A DNA stretch of 63,665 bases, the filler included, from Octopus bimaculoides (Eukaryota), in NCBI RefSeq assembly GCF_001194135.2. It is 9 parts of 9 records of this genome, joined end to end, with 100 filler letters (N's around TTAATTAATTAA, not from the genome) between each part and the next. Parts side by side here need not be neighbours in the genome. Positions count along the whole stretch, not along the records: positions 36,471 to 40,065 come from NC_068981.1; positions 40,166 to 52,940 come from NC_068982.1; 7 more parts are not named here. One strand, written 5' to 3'. Within the stretch, counting starts at the first letter, position 1; each line of letters opens with the position of its first letter. The translations under genes were made by a program, and so were the position numbers. Shown in pieces: positions 36,508-49,554 of this stretch. The notes under the pieces are model-generated. The model was not told where the DNA came from. It did no database searches and was given only the letters and a program-made list of their open reading frames with translations.

Positions 36508-37278
36508 ACGAGGGGTTTAGTTCACTGGTGATCTAAACGAATAGGTACGCTGTGTAAGTGCTATGGTCGTCCGTTAGGTTCTAAGTTCAGAGCTAGGGAT
36601 CTGTAGTAGGCTTCCGTATTAGCTGGTATATATTAGAGGAAAAGGGACAACAAAAACCAAGGCAAGACGAGTATCTCAAGCCATTTAGAATATTTAATTA
36701 GAGTCAATTTGAATTAATTAATTACTGGATGTCTTACAGCTGTTTCTAGGATATCCCAAGTGATAGGTTAGCGTGAGTATGTATGAAAGTATTAGACTGG
36801 GAATTCGCAGTTTATAAAGGAATTAAATAGAGAGAAGAATAAAGAGTAAAACAGTAAATATATATATATTTCGAAACGGCCGTAAGACTTTATACATAGA
36901 TTTTATACATGTTACAGACTCTTTAAGAATCATTTTACACCCGCTTTATCATCCTCTTCATTCGGACTTTGCAAGTACATTTATGGACTTATATTTTTAT
37001 ATATCTATATTTATGAATTTTTATGTGTTTATAAATTTTTATACGTTTATGAATTTTTATATATTTATAAATTTTCGTGTATATGTCTGTATTTGTAAAT
37101 TCTTAGAAATTTTATATATATCATATAGATGAATTTTTCTATATGTGTATATTGTATACCATGGAGAATTTCGTTAATGTGGATTGAATGAATATATGCA
37201 TCGACCTCTGAATTTGTTTTCTCTTCTTAATTATATATATATATAATTGATAAACTGGAAATATGACCATCCCCAAGT

Positions 37279-37313
<35 letters not shown>

Positions 37314-38469
37314 NNNNNNNNNNNNNNNNNNNNNNNNNNNNNNNNNNNNNNNNNNNNNNNNNNNNNNNNNNNNNNNNNNNNNNNNNNNNNNNNNNNNNNN
37401 NNNNNNNNNNNNNNNNNNNNNNNNNNNNNNNNNNNNNNNNNNNNNNNNNNNNNNNNNNNNNNNNNNNNNNNNNNNNNNNNNNNNNNNNNNNNNNNNNNNN
37501 NNNNNNNNNNNNNNNNNNNNNNNNNNNNNNNNNNNNNNNNNNNNNNNNNNNNNNNNNNNNNNNNNNNNNNNNNNNNNNNNNNNNNNNNNNNNNNNNNNNN
37601 NNNNNNNNNNNNNNNNNNNNNNNNNNNNNNNNNNNNNNNNNNNNNNNNNNNNNNNNNNNNNNNNNNNNNNNNNNNNNNNNNNNNNNNNNNNNNNNNNNNN
37701 NNNNNNNNNNNNNNNNNNNNNNNNNNNNNNNNNNNNNNNNNNNNNNNNNNNNNNNNNNNNNNNNNNNNNNNNNNNNNNNNNNNNNNNNNNNNNNNNNNNN
37801 NNNNNNNNNNNNNNNNNNNNNNNNNNNNNNNNNNNNNNNNNNNNNNNNNNNNNNNNNNNNNNNNNNNNNNNNNNNNNNNNNNNNNNNNNNNNNNNNNNNN
37901 NNNNNNNNNNNNNNNNNNNNNNNNNNNNNNNNNNNNNNNNNNNNNNNNNNNNNNNNNNNNNNNNNNNNNNNNNNNNNNNNNNNNNNNNATGTTACTTCAG
38001 TCCGTTCAACTAGTAAAAAAAGAAAACAAAAAACAAGAAAAAAAAAAAAAGAAAAAATGAGTTATCCTGCGACGGACCAGGAAGTGGGTGGGTGGAATAT
38101 ATTCTTTCTTGCCTTTAACCCTCCAATGTGGAGTATAGGTCACTTATAATTGAATTCCATGTCGCATAATTTTTCGCTTCTGTACTTATACTCTGCCACG
38201 AACGTCCCCCTTTCTCTAGTTCCTTTTGTGTTGATCTACGGCACGAGTTCTTAGGCCTACCCCTCTTTCTATATCCATCCGGATTCCACTATAAAGCACT
38301 GGGTGGAATATATACGCAACCCGGAAAACCAGCTAACAAGGCCAGATTTTCGGAAGGAAGGACCTTTGGTCCCTTTCTCCTTTGATAGCAATGGTATCTC
38401 TCTGTGGCTAATGTCTTAGCGTTTTATTTTATTTCCTATTAGAGTTTGGCTCGGAGCGTCGCGCGTTAG

Positions 38470-38527
38470 TTCTTGGAACTTTTGTCAACCTTTGAAATAT
38501 GGGTGGATTTTTGCGATACCCTGTATA
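38470..38527 (-). mobile_element. Tc1/mariner-type terminal sequence
   Basis: Minus strand TA-TACAGGGTATCGCAAAAATCC; a similar end (CATAGGGTGTCCCAAAAGTAACTG) lies near 57480-57502. Confidence 0.4.
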
Positions 38528-39794
38528 CATAGTGTCTTAAAGTATCAAAAACCCATCCCTTCTGTATAATCCATTTTCTTTTCTTCATAATACTCTCACA
38601 CTTTCTCCCTTTCATTACTGTCGTCTCGTAATCGTGCGCGCTCTGTCTGCCTGTGTGTCTGTGTGTCTGTGTGTCTGTGTGTCTGTGAGTCTCTCTGTCT
38701 GTCTCCTCATCCCAGTGTGATGATACCTCCTATCACTAACCCCATAGATTATTTTAACATAATCTCCATGTATTAAAGCTAACAGGGATTTCGGTCCCTA
38801 AGAAAAACATGATACCGCTTTACCCATAAAAAATCCCTTAACGATCCTATCGCACAAAAAATAACATCACGAAACAAAAAAACAAAAAAAAAAAACAACA
38901 AGCCCAAAACAACAAAATTTACCGAAATTCTAATAAAATGGAATAAAATGTCATCAACTGCAACTTCTGCTAAAATATGGCGAACATAGAATATTAAGAT
39001 GGAAATAAAACACACACACATATACATAATGTACACACACACACACTCTCATTCACAGATATGCACATATATAGATGAACACGCACACACATTAATACAC
39101 GCACAGATAATCATAAACTCACACACACGTGTATACATACAGATATATACACACACATTATACATATATTTATACACACATACACACATATATACACACA
39201 AATATGCATACAGATATACAGATATACACATACATTTATACACATATTTATACAGACATATTTATACACACATATTTATATACATATATACACACAGATA
39301 TACATACAGATACACACACACACATATATACACACATACACACATTTATACACACGCATACACATACACATTCATACTCACGCGCATATATACACATATA
39401 TACACACACATCTACGCTCACGCTCATATACGCATATGCACACACATAGACACGCATACACACATGTATACACATACATATACATACACACAAACACAAC
39501 ACAAACAACAACAACAGCAGCAGCAGCAGCGCCGACGCAGAAAGCCATTCATTAGAATTTAAGCGAAATAAAGCGATATAAAAGTGAAATGGGGTGAAAT
39601 GAAGTGAAATGAATTGTGATGAAACAAAGAAAAGAAACAACAAACAAGCAATAAAAAAAAGACTAATAAAAACGATGAAAAAAAAGAAGAAAAATTGATG
39701 ACGAAATGAAAGAAATGCTTGTTTTTAGTGATGTTTGTTGAATAAGTAATGATAAATCTCTCTCTTTCACGTTTCTTTTTTCCTTCCTTCTAAC

Positions 39795-40065
39795 TTGTTT
39801 GTCTTGTTGATGCTTCTTCTTCTTCAATTCTTCTTCTTCTTCAATTCTTCTTCTTCTTCTTCTTCTTCAATTCTTCTTCTTCTTCTTCTTCTTCTTCTTC
39901 TTCTTCTTCTTCTTCAATTCTTCTTCTTCAATTCTTCTTCTTCAATTCTTCTTCTTCTTCAATTCTTCTTCTTCAATTCTTCTTCTTCTTCAATTCTTCT
40001 TCTTCTTCTTCTTCAATTCTTCTTCTTCTTCAATTCTTCTTCTTCTTCAATTCTTCTTCTTCTTC
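39795..40065. repeat. (TTC)n array punctuated by AA
   Basis: Repeating (TTC)k-AA units. Confidence 0.95.
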
Positions 40066-40165
40066 NNNNNNNNNNNNNNNNNNNNNNNNNNNNNNNNNNN
40101 NNNNNNNNNTTAATTAATTAANNNNNNNNNNNNNNNNNNNNNNNNNNNNNNNNNNNNNNNNNNNN

Positions 40166-40245
40166 GGTATTCCAATAAAGGTATTCCAATAAAAGTACTC
40201 CAAAATAAATGTATTCCAGTAAAGGTATTCCAATAAAGGTAATCC
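40166..40245. repeat. 14-bp minisatellite GGTATTCCAATAAA, about 6 units
   Basis: Tandem near-identical units directly after the linker. Confidence 0.9.
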
Positions 40246-40563
40246 AGGGCCACAGCAGCAACATTTTCACAAGTTTTTCGGAGGCGAGATACTCCCACAA
40301 AAACAACAATTCTCGCACAGTGAGACACAAAAAGTTTTCTTTACTCAAAGTTGCTTTTTTTTTGGCTCAAAGTTAAAACAAAAATTTTCGCTACTGTGGG
40401 CAAGCGAACCCGCCTCCCACAAACAGCGAATACAAAATTTGTTCGTACAACGAACACACAAAAAACTCGCTAAGGAAAGCGAAGATGCCACACCGCTGGA
40501 CAACAATTTACTAAAAAAATAAATAGAAGCAATAAATTGCTGCCCAGCTGAGCAACAAAAACG

Positions 40564-40681
40564 ACTTACCCCGGCAAATTCTTCAATTTTTCTTTCTTTA
40601 GACAGAGCCGAAACCCATATCTATCTTCGTTAACGGCAAGTAGCCAGTCTGACGCACATGCGCAGTGAGCAAACCGGAAGT
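40564..40681 (-). promoter_or_regulatory. Candidate housekeeping-type promoter and non-coding first exon
   Basis: ETS site CCGGAAGT (40674-40681), NRF1-like CGCACATGCGCA (40653-40664), then about 80 nt downstream on the minus strand a strong donor GGG|GTAAGT (40570/40569); locally CpG-enriched (40250-40960). Confidence 0.5.
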
Positions 40682-41394
40682 AAGCTAGCTACTTACCACA
40701 CAGCCAATCCTGCGCCTATATGCTACAGTTTCAGAGGAGGTAGTCAGTCAATTACATTTACCCCAGTTCTCAACGGTTACATATTTTATGAAAAGTTGTA
40801 GGGGGACTATCACACTTTAGCGGAACAGTATCTATGTATACCTGATTTAGTTAGCGCAGCTAATTTTCGTTCGACCCGCGCATAAATGCATACCGTCGCC
40901 TTGTTACCAGGAACGCGCGAAAGCTAAAACAGTTCCGGCCAGGCTTTCGAGGCAATAAGACTTATTACTACTATGTCCCTGACTGAAATCACAACCATGT
41001 GTTACTTTTCGAATGGATGTATATTCTAAAACCTATTGGATTGTGTAACTGCTTAGCATTTACCATGTTACTGATTCTTATCCATGTGAAATACTGTAAG
41101 TGTATATTCTGTAATATGCCGCGCGCACACCATTAGAAATTGACACCTTTTGTAAGGAAATCTGGACATTTCTTCGGTTAACCTTGAACACCATTAAACC
41201 ATATTTTTGATATTGTATTCAGCATGATGACAGCAACAAGTTTCAATTTACTTCCTTTACAGATTCACTTTATAATAAATTATTAGTATTTTTATATTCA
41301 ACTTTCAGATCTTGTGACTTTCTTAGAGCTAATCGTCTCAATTATTTACAATATTTACATTTGACGGATATTTGTCCTTATCTTGTTTGTTGTT

Positions 41395-41440
41395 AACACA
41401 ACGTTTCCGCTGATATACCCTCCAGCCTTCATCAGGAGTC
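41395..41440 (-). ncRNA. Type I hammerhead ribozyme-like motif, near intact
   Basis: Minus strand GACTC-CTGATGA-A-GGCTG-GAGGGTATAT-CAGCG-GAAAC-GTT-GTGTT: exact core; stem I 4/5 paired; stem II GCTG/CAGC with a G-G at the base; palindromic AACGTT stem III. Confidence 0.65.
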
Positions 41441-41499
41441 TTGCGGAAATTTCGAACTTGGAGAGATATAGAACTGTATTCATCTCAACTTATTGAAAA

Positions 41500-41640
41500 C
41501 CACAGATGATAATTTAGTCCTCTCCGCTAAAAGGTAAAGTCGAGCTCGGCATAATTAAAAGGCACAACGGGTAAGACGGACAAAATGGCGCCAAGCATCT
41601 TGCCCAACATGTAAACAATTGTGCCATCTCACCGCCTTAT
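41500..41640 (-). mobile_element. Diverged SINE family B copy
   Basis: AAGGTAAAGTCGAGCTCGGC...GTAAGACGGACAAAATGGCGCCAAGCAT...ATCTCACCGCC. Confidence 0.55.
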
Positions 41641-43704
41641 CAAGTTATCATACATGTTGCGCTCGTGTGTTACCTAGTCCAATAAGCTACTCAAAAACAT
41701 GATTCCAACCGAAAGAATATTCGTCAAAATTACTTCTAGACACCTGTCGAGTATTCTTTTATTTTTTTACTTGTTTCAGTGATTTGGATGCGGCCATGCT
41801 GGGGCACCACCTTGAAAAATAACGGAGGTTTCAGCGCGACATGTAAGATCTATGATATTTCACTCTGAAAAAGTAAGTTGCATTTATATAGGTATAAATA
41901 GGTATATATAGATATATAGAGGTATACATTATATAAGTATAAAAAAATATAAGTAATATTAGCGTATGGAATGTTGGAGTGATCTGAATACGTTTTCTCC
42001 AGAATTTAGTTATCTGAAACTATGACAGCGTGAATAAGAATTTCGCAACGAAGTGGTTTTTAGTTGTACCTCACTCGACGTTGTTTTCTAGGATTGATCA
42101 AAGACTTGCTTGTTGACATCAGTGGAGGAAAACTCGGTTAAAGACCATTTCAGTGATTGTTACTGCTCTTGGCTGAATAAATGAATCTGTAGCTTCTTTC
42201 ATTTAACATTACCATCTGTCACTTGGATATCGTTGGTGGATTTCCTTTTGGTGCAAATATCTCTGGTCTGAGGACAGTTTCTTCCTTACCACACCCGACA
42301 AATAACGGTGGCACCTTGATATTGCCGTAGTTACTGCCTATCATCTTCTCACTGAGAAATTAAAAACCGTTACCACATACATTGTATTACCCGTGTCATT
42401 AGCCTTACTAGCTACTAATATGTTTAAAGTTTAGGTCAACATTCTTCACTTAACGAATAGCCATAAATTTCTGATTAATAAACCTTTTGAAAAGGCATTT
42501 AAACTTTTGACATATCTCATATGAAATATATAGTGATATTGTAGTATGAGAAAAGAAATGATTTAAATTTATTTCTTTATGCGTTAAAACTTAATCAACT
42601 AGCTTCTTCCTCCAACATTTCAGGCGTTGTGCTTATAGTAAAAAAAATTTCATTTGTCATTTAAGTTTATTTTTAAATTTTTACGACATTATACTTTTAA
42701 AAAACGTTACGTAAAATAGTAGGGCTATAAAATCTGTTGCCATTCATTTTAGCAAATAATCAATTTGTTAACAAATAGAAGATATGAAAATCCTGTGTTT
42801 CTTTTTTTTTTTCTATAGAAATGGGTCAGTCTGTTGTGCACGCTTTTTTTGAGCACCGCCCAAATGACAGTTGTAACATATTTAAGATTGGGTGAGGCAT
42901 ATAACAAATTGTAGAAGAAAAGGTTCAATAGCATTTAGTTACGTAAATTTGTGTTATCAGTTAAAATATCATCGGGGTCAACCTCTATCCACCCGGAATC
43001 GATAATGTAAGTAATGTCAAATACTCAAATCGAAATGCAATGTTTATTCTAGTGGGAATCAAATTCAGAAGTTGTAAAAGCAATTTATCTGAATATCAAA
43101 TGAGCTTACATTTCGACTGCAGTCTAGCTGAGTTTACCATGCTATTTATCTGCGTTTACCATGTTATTTATCTCTGAATTTGGCGTAGTGAAATTGCGAT
43201 TTCATTTTCGCATTTCAGCTGTGAATTTATTACTGATATTAATTCAATTAACAATCCGTTCTTTAAAGTTTTTGTGGTTATTATACTAACGTTAGGTATG
43301 AATAAAAATGCAAATTAATGGGAAGGAAAAACACTATCCAAGACGTTCAATGAATTTCTGGTTGCATCGGTATGTACCCTTAATTTCTAGCTTCAAATAC
43401 ATCCAAGGGTTGAATTCTTCTTTACTGCGCTCAAAGATGATAAAAATATAATCTAGTTACACTTCATTTTCATTATTTCCGTGATCTATCACACATCGGT
43501 ACATCTTCCGACGATTTTAGTTGCATATCTGTTATCTGTGAGAAATGTTTGTTTTCCCTCTGCACAACAATACTCTGTTTTTGAAGAGAACTACTCTGTA
43601 AGGGGCCCAGGCACTTCTCGCTGCGATACGTACAAGAATACACGAAGGAGTTATGATCTATCCTCACTAATTCCATGCGATACTCCTCTACTCCCTCGTT
43701 TTAC

Positions 43705-44205
43705 TCTTTTACTTGTTTCAGTCATCTGACTGTGGCCATGCTGGAGCACCGCCTTTAGTCGAGCAAATCGACCCCAGGACTTATTCTTTGTAAGCTTAGT
43801 ACTTATTCTATCGTTCTCTTTTGCCGAACCGCTAGGTTACGAAGTTACGAGGACGTAAGCACACCACCATCGGTTGTCAAGCGATGTTGGGGGGACAAAC
43901 ACAGACACACAAAAATATACACACACTTTTGCTCCACTGAATTTTCTTCGAGAATTTTTAAATGATCTTCTTCTAGCACATTAGCAGTCCACTTAGTGGT
44001 CTCTTTTATATACACATGTACATATGTATATACATATATACGACGGGCTTCTTTCAGTTTCCGTCTACCAAATCCACTCACAAGGCTTTGGTCGGCCGGA
44101 GGCTATAGTAGGATACACCTGCCCAAGGTGCCACGCAGTGGGACTGAACCCGGAACCATGTGGTTCGTAAGCAAGCTACTTACTACACAGCCACTCATAC
44201 GCCTA
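43705..44205 (-). mobile_element. SINE family A, full length, with about 90-bp insert in the internal microsatellite
   Basis: Tail TTTTACTTGTTTCAGTC near 43707, head CTTACTACACAGCCACTCATACGCC near 44180-44203; extra sequence at about 43930-44020. Confidence 0.85.
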
Positions 44206-45337
44206 CTTATTTACCGTCTCTGAATGGATGGTTTTGGTGTGATTTGAACTCAGAGCAAAAATAATCGGAACAAATACTTGTCCAATATTCTAAATCGTGA
44301 CACCTTTTGACTCATTTCTTAAGAAATCTAAGGTGTTGCACCAAATCGAGAAGTCATTGCGTAGTAGTGATATTGTTTCCTAAATTATTCAGAATAGAAC
44401 ATATTTTGGCACTGGGGACTCTTTTCACTTTGTGTCACTACCTGATAAAACTAAATAAACCAGAAAGGAAAAAAAGTATGGTGCGTATGATTTAAACCAA
44501 TAGAGTAAAAGGAGGCAACAAGACCGAAAATGATTTTTACCAGGTTCCCGCTCTGAAATAATCGTGTTATAAAAGCGCATAATAATATGGAAAATTAATA
44601 TTTAGCCAACGAAAATCGGAAATTAAGTTCAACATTCAAAAATTTCATTTAGAAAACAATAAGGCGTAGCAACATGAGGGAAGAACTCCAGGTTGCTAAT
44701 GCATCAAATATCACTGCTTATTTGCGTTAATATTGTTGCTATCCCACACGTAGGGAATTCGACAGTAAGTATGTTTACTTCTTTGTCTCAGTGAACCAAG
44801 TGAACCATATATACATATATATATATATATACTCAAATTCTTGAGTAGACAACTCCACTGAGAACCGACAAGAAATTCTGATCTATTCTTGTCTTTTAAA
44901 AAAGATCATAATATAAATCGTTAGGATTTTTTAAAAATCAATATCTCGGAAAAAGTGCAATAGTTGCCTTGGTTTTGCATTCAGTATTACAACAGAACCT
45001 CTTATTTTGTGATATTGAATATATTAACATGATCCTGAATGATCGTTTATCTTTAAACGCCTCACAAGTTTTACTTTTGGATTTAAGAATGCATGTTTGC
45101 ATTAGTTTACGGAACCGGGTTGACTTTCTACAAATCACTAAGTAGAAAGAAAGTGTGTGTGTCTTTGTGTATATGTGCGTGTGTGTATGTGTGTGCGTGT
45201 GTGTGTAGGGTTGTATCTATGTATGTACATGTGTGAGTGTGTGTTTGCGTGCATTAGAGTGAAGCGCTGAAGTGTCTTATATAGTATTGACACTTTTCAT
45301 TGATTTGCAAAGAGTATGTGAACTCATGACTTAACAG

Positions 45338-45469
45338 AATGCGCTGATCTTCTCAAAAACATAGAAACTTTCTGCAGTGTATTCAATATTGTGTCATCCA
45401 GGTGTGACGAGATTGCTGACTTAAGTAAAGAGAAAATATCAGCCACTTTTTACGAAGGAAATTCGTAGG
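45338..45469 (+). CDS. Candidate 132-nt symmetric (phase 1-1) exon of an unknown gene, with TAG as last full codon
   Basis: CAG| acceptor, open frame CADLLKNIETFCSVFNIVSSRCDEIADLSKEKISATFYEGNS*, donor G|GTAAGC; the other two frames close early. No homology recognised. Confidence 0.35.
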
Positions 45470-45861
45470 GTAAGCAATCAAATATAAAGTACAAATTTTA
45501 CAATAATTTGGGATGAATATCTCATAAACGTCACCTAAGCTATTGAATACATCTAATTGGATTTCGTTGGATACAATGTTTCTTTTTTTTTTTTTCTCTT
45601 CAAAATAAATATCCTTTTAGTTGCGTTTAACGAATACGTTGCAATTTTTTTTTTTTTCGAAGTTGGTTCTTTCAAATTTCTTAATTCAACTCGCCGATTG
45701 TTTCATTTTTTTTTATTCCTCCTAACCCTGTTTCCATGAAACAAAGAATTATGTGGATGCAAATCGATCCTGTATTTTGATAAGCTGACCTGCATGACAA
45801 TATTGCGTATATTCGGCAAAGAAATAAACTTTTGATTTTTCACGAACCGTGACATTTCCAG

Positions 45862-46001
45862 ATGAAATGGTTAAGTATACAGAATCTAACTTACTAAATC
45901 CTGACTCTATTTCTGATCTCAATAACGCTTCCGTTTCTCACTATTCATTCTATTACAATACTATTTCTAAAGAAATAGATTTTGATTCAGTGATACCTAT
46001 G
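45862..46001 (+). CDS. Candidate following exon (phase 1 start), truncated by gap
   Basis: Acceptor GACATTTCCAG|AT; open frame (D)EMVKYTESNLLNPDSISDLNNASVSHYSFYYNTISKEIDFDSVIPM up to the gap. Confidence 0.3.
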
Positions 46002-46495
46002 NNNNNNNNNNNNNNNNNNNNNNNNNNNNNNNNNNNNNNNNNNNNNNNNNNNNNNNNNNNNNNNNNNNNNNNNNNNNNNNNNNNNNNNNNNNNNNNNNNN
46101 NNNNNNNNNNNNNNNNNNNNNNNNNNNNNNNNNNTATATATGTTTTCTTTTATTATCATATTCACTTATACCAACATCAGATCTAATTTCAAATTGGTTT
46201 GGGAGTTTCTATTGTTATTAGTCTTTTATTATTCTTACAATGCCATGTTTCATTGCCTTTTTTTAGAGAAGAGTGAATCTTGGGTTTATATTTCTCTTTA
46301 AAGATGCAGCTTTGGTAAGCGTGTGATTCTGCACTAAGTAATTTGAGACGTGCTAGACGATTTCTCTCTCTGACAAGATTTTCCATTGTAACATAATTAA
46401 ACAATTCCATACGTCGTTACATCTCACAACATATATATACACAGAGAAGTATAAAACAATTCCATTACTTAATTGTTATTTGTAAATTCGTACAT

Positions 46496-46706
46496 GGTGG
46501 CAAGCTGGCGGAAACGTTAGCACGCTGGGCGAAATGCTTCGTGGTATTTTGTCTGTCTTTACGTTTTGAGTTCAAATTCCGTCGAGGTCGATTTTTACCT
46601 TTTGTCATTTGAGGGTCGATAAATTAGGTACAAGTGCGTACTGGGATCGATTTAGTCTATTGGCTCCCTCCCCCAAAATTTCAGGCGTTGTGCCTATAGC
46701 AGAACA
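46496..46706 (+). mobile_element. SINE family B (Meta/MESC-like), full length
   Basis: GGTGGCAAGCTGGCGGAAACGTTAGC...GAGTTCAAATTCCGTCGAGGTCGA...GAGGGTCGATAAATTAGGTAC...CCTATAGCAGAA. Confidence 0.8.
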
Positions 46707-49263
46707 GATTTGTGTATTCGTATGTTTAAACATAGATTTTAAAGATTAGATAATGTACGTAAAAATTACCATGATTTGATGGTATTTTTCTGCTCGTCGG
46801 TCAAAGATAGGGGATGTAGTGACACATGTTAGTGACAATCAAAGCAAAAGCTATGTAATTTCAAATAATATTTAATCCCTAAAATTTCATTGACATTCTT
46901 ATGGATAGCTCTCGACATTTTTTTAAGCCAGACACAAAATTGTTTAATTTATTGCTCCTCAACTGTAAACAAATATTGAAACTTAATTCCATAAATAAAT
47001 CCTTAATTTTATGGAGATATTTCCTCTTCACTTTAACACTAGCAATTACCGCTAAAGTTTCTTTTTCTGTGCAACACTATGGTGGAAATTCTATTAAGAA
47101 CAGACATTCAGTACATCTTCTTTTATCTATGCAAATTCATGCTATTGGAATATTTGGTTTACTTCCTTTAGCTCCGTATGTATTTTTTAATATCGAAAGC
47201 TAAATGAAATGCTATCATAAGTTTGAAGACATGACGTATGTGCAATCATCCCACTAACATAACAACTTAGATGAAAGCATTTCCCGTTAAAGTCTCCCAT
47301 TCCATCAAACTACAAAATAGTTATGTGCTGGAAAGGATATTTAATGCTCAGAGTATTAATATGCGAAATAACAATAAATATAAAGGAACATATCCACGAA
47401 TATGTGTGTGTGCTTCTCTTCTTCGTTCTATAGATATGCATACACACATATCTATCTATCTATTTGTCCCTCTGTCTCTCTCCTCTGTCTCTCTCCNNNN
47501 NNNNNNNNNNNNNNNNNNNNNNNNNNNNNNNNNNNNNNNNNNNNNNNNNNNNNNNNNNNNNNNNNNNNNNNNNNNNNNNNNNNNNNNNNNNNNNNNNNNN
47601 NNNNNNNNNNNNNNNNNNNNNNNNNNNNNNNNNNNNNNNNNNNNNNNNNNNNNNNNNNNNNNNNNNNNNNNNNNNNNNNNNNNNNNNNNNNNNNNNNNNN
47701 NNNNNNNNNNNNNNNNNNNAAACCTTTACCCTTTTAATTTGTATATATATATATATATATATATAGGCATACATATACCACCGGCGCGCACACAAACGCA
47801 TATATTCGTAAATAATTAGCATATTCTTTTTCCTTCGTCATGCAGGAGCGACAAATAGTGACATTTTCCTTCTCCGGTTGTTGTTGTTGTTGTTGCTGTT
47901 GCTGTTGTTGTTGTTTAGCTCCAGATCAGCCCTGACTGAGGAGGCCCATAATGAAAGTCGTTATATCTGTGACCCTCGTACATTTTCTGGCATTTTTTTT
48001 TAAACCAAAGGGTACAATCCTCTTATGTATTTTTACATATTTTCAACATAGTACGAAGATATTTGGCAACTATTTGTAGCCGGTCTAGTGACTACATAGC
48101 AGATACCTTGTTGGCCTGACAGTTACGGATATGTTTGGTTTTCAGTTGAACACATTACTGATAGTGTTGGTTCAGCGTAACATGTCGAAATATTAGCGAT
48201 GGAAACATCTTTAAGTAAATATACAGAAATTGATATGCTGGCATAAAATAAAAGCGCATTTACGAAAAAATTAATTATTATGAAACCTCATCTGACAGAT
48301 GATAATCTACAGCAGTGTATGAACAAATGACTTTAGTAAGCAAGGATTATGGCAGCTGCATGGGGAACTATGTAATTAATTAAGTTGCCTGCCATCTGTG
48401 AATTTGGAAAAGTCACTAACAATTCGCAAACTCTCGGAAATTTTACTGTGCGTCCGCTTCTCACAACTAGAAGAAACAAGAAATATGCCAACAATGAAGC
48501 AAAATATTGAAACAGAATCTTTTACAAATTACACGCGACCGTCTTGAGAAGAAAAGTAGACATTGTTTAAAGTCGTCTCAGAGACAATGATTCAGATATA
48601 GATAGAAAGATCATCACTCTAGTGCTAATCGATACCAACTACAATGTGTTGTTCTGATAACTTATTGTGTAACATATAGGCTTTCGACTATTGCAATGGG
48701 TAACATTTCGTAGATCATTAGAATGAATGACTTTTCCGAATTTGCTGATGAAGTTTTGTGCTGTGAGTTCGATAACGGCCTAATTTGCAGTGATATCGTA
48801 TAAGTTCCAGTGACATCAAATGTACGATCGAGAGCATATGTGTGACGAGTAAAGAAAACATTATTTATTTAATATGAGATAAACGAAGCTGATTCACATT
48901 TTACACATACAACAAAGGCTATCATGTAGATTAAGAGATGATTAGTAGAGAAATAGTAAAAAGGATAACTGAAACGTCAATGTGCTGTGTGTGTATGTGT
49001 GTGCTGTGTGCGTGCGTGTGTGTGTGTGTATTTTGTTACCATTTACTTGATTCAGACATTCGACTGCTATCATAGTTGAGTACAGCGTTGAAGTATTTTA
49101 GTAGACCAGATTGCTACCAATTTACGGGAGGGAAAAGAAACTAATAGTTTTGAAGCGGTCGAGACACAATCACAGACACACACATAATATATACGCACAT
49201 ATATACATGGATGCAAATCGAGCTTCTAACAACACAGGCATGCTTGTGCCTGCACACACACTC

Positions 49264-49313
<50 letters not shown>

Positions 49314-49506
49314 NNNNNNNNNNNNNNNNNNNNNNNNNNNNNNNNNNNNNNNNNNNNNNNNNNNNNNNNNNNNNNNNNNNNNNNNNNNNNNNNNNNNNNN
49401 NNNNNNNNNNNNNNNNNNNNNNNNNNNNNNNNNNNNNNNNNNNNNNNNNNNNNNNNNNNNNNNNNNNNNNNNNNNNNNNNNNNNNNNNNNNNNNNNNNNN
49501 NNNNNN

Positions 49507-49554
<48 letters not shown>

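Noticed and set aside
39500-39560. (CAA)n(CAG)n as a polyQ coding exon
   Set aside because: Embedded in a CA/TA low-complexity field with no splice signals or complex coding sequence.
39795-40245. (TTC)nAA array and 14-bp repeats as a CRISPR-like array
   Set aside because: Direct tandem units with no unique spacers; eukaryotic context, no cas genes.
42210-42350. Minus-strand mini-exon or 48-aa ORF (MIGSNYGNIKVPPLFVGC...)
   Set aside because: AG/GT sites are present, but the ORF is short with no homology or consistent neighbouring exon.
43110-43130. TTCGACTGCAG resembling the tRNA-Cys anticodon arm
   Set aside because: No cloverleaf or A/B boxes around it.
46189-46410. 73-aa minus ORF as a gene
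   Set aside because: No motif recognised; may be a decayed Penelope N-terminus; flanks are full of stops.
48100-48350. Faint hAT dimerisation-domain-like words (MFG..., MKPHLTDDNLQQCM)
   Set aside because: Too short and fragmented to call without a profile search.
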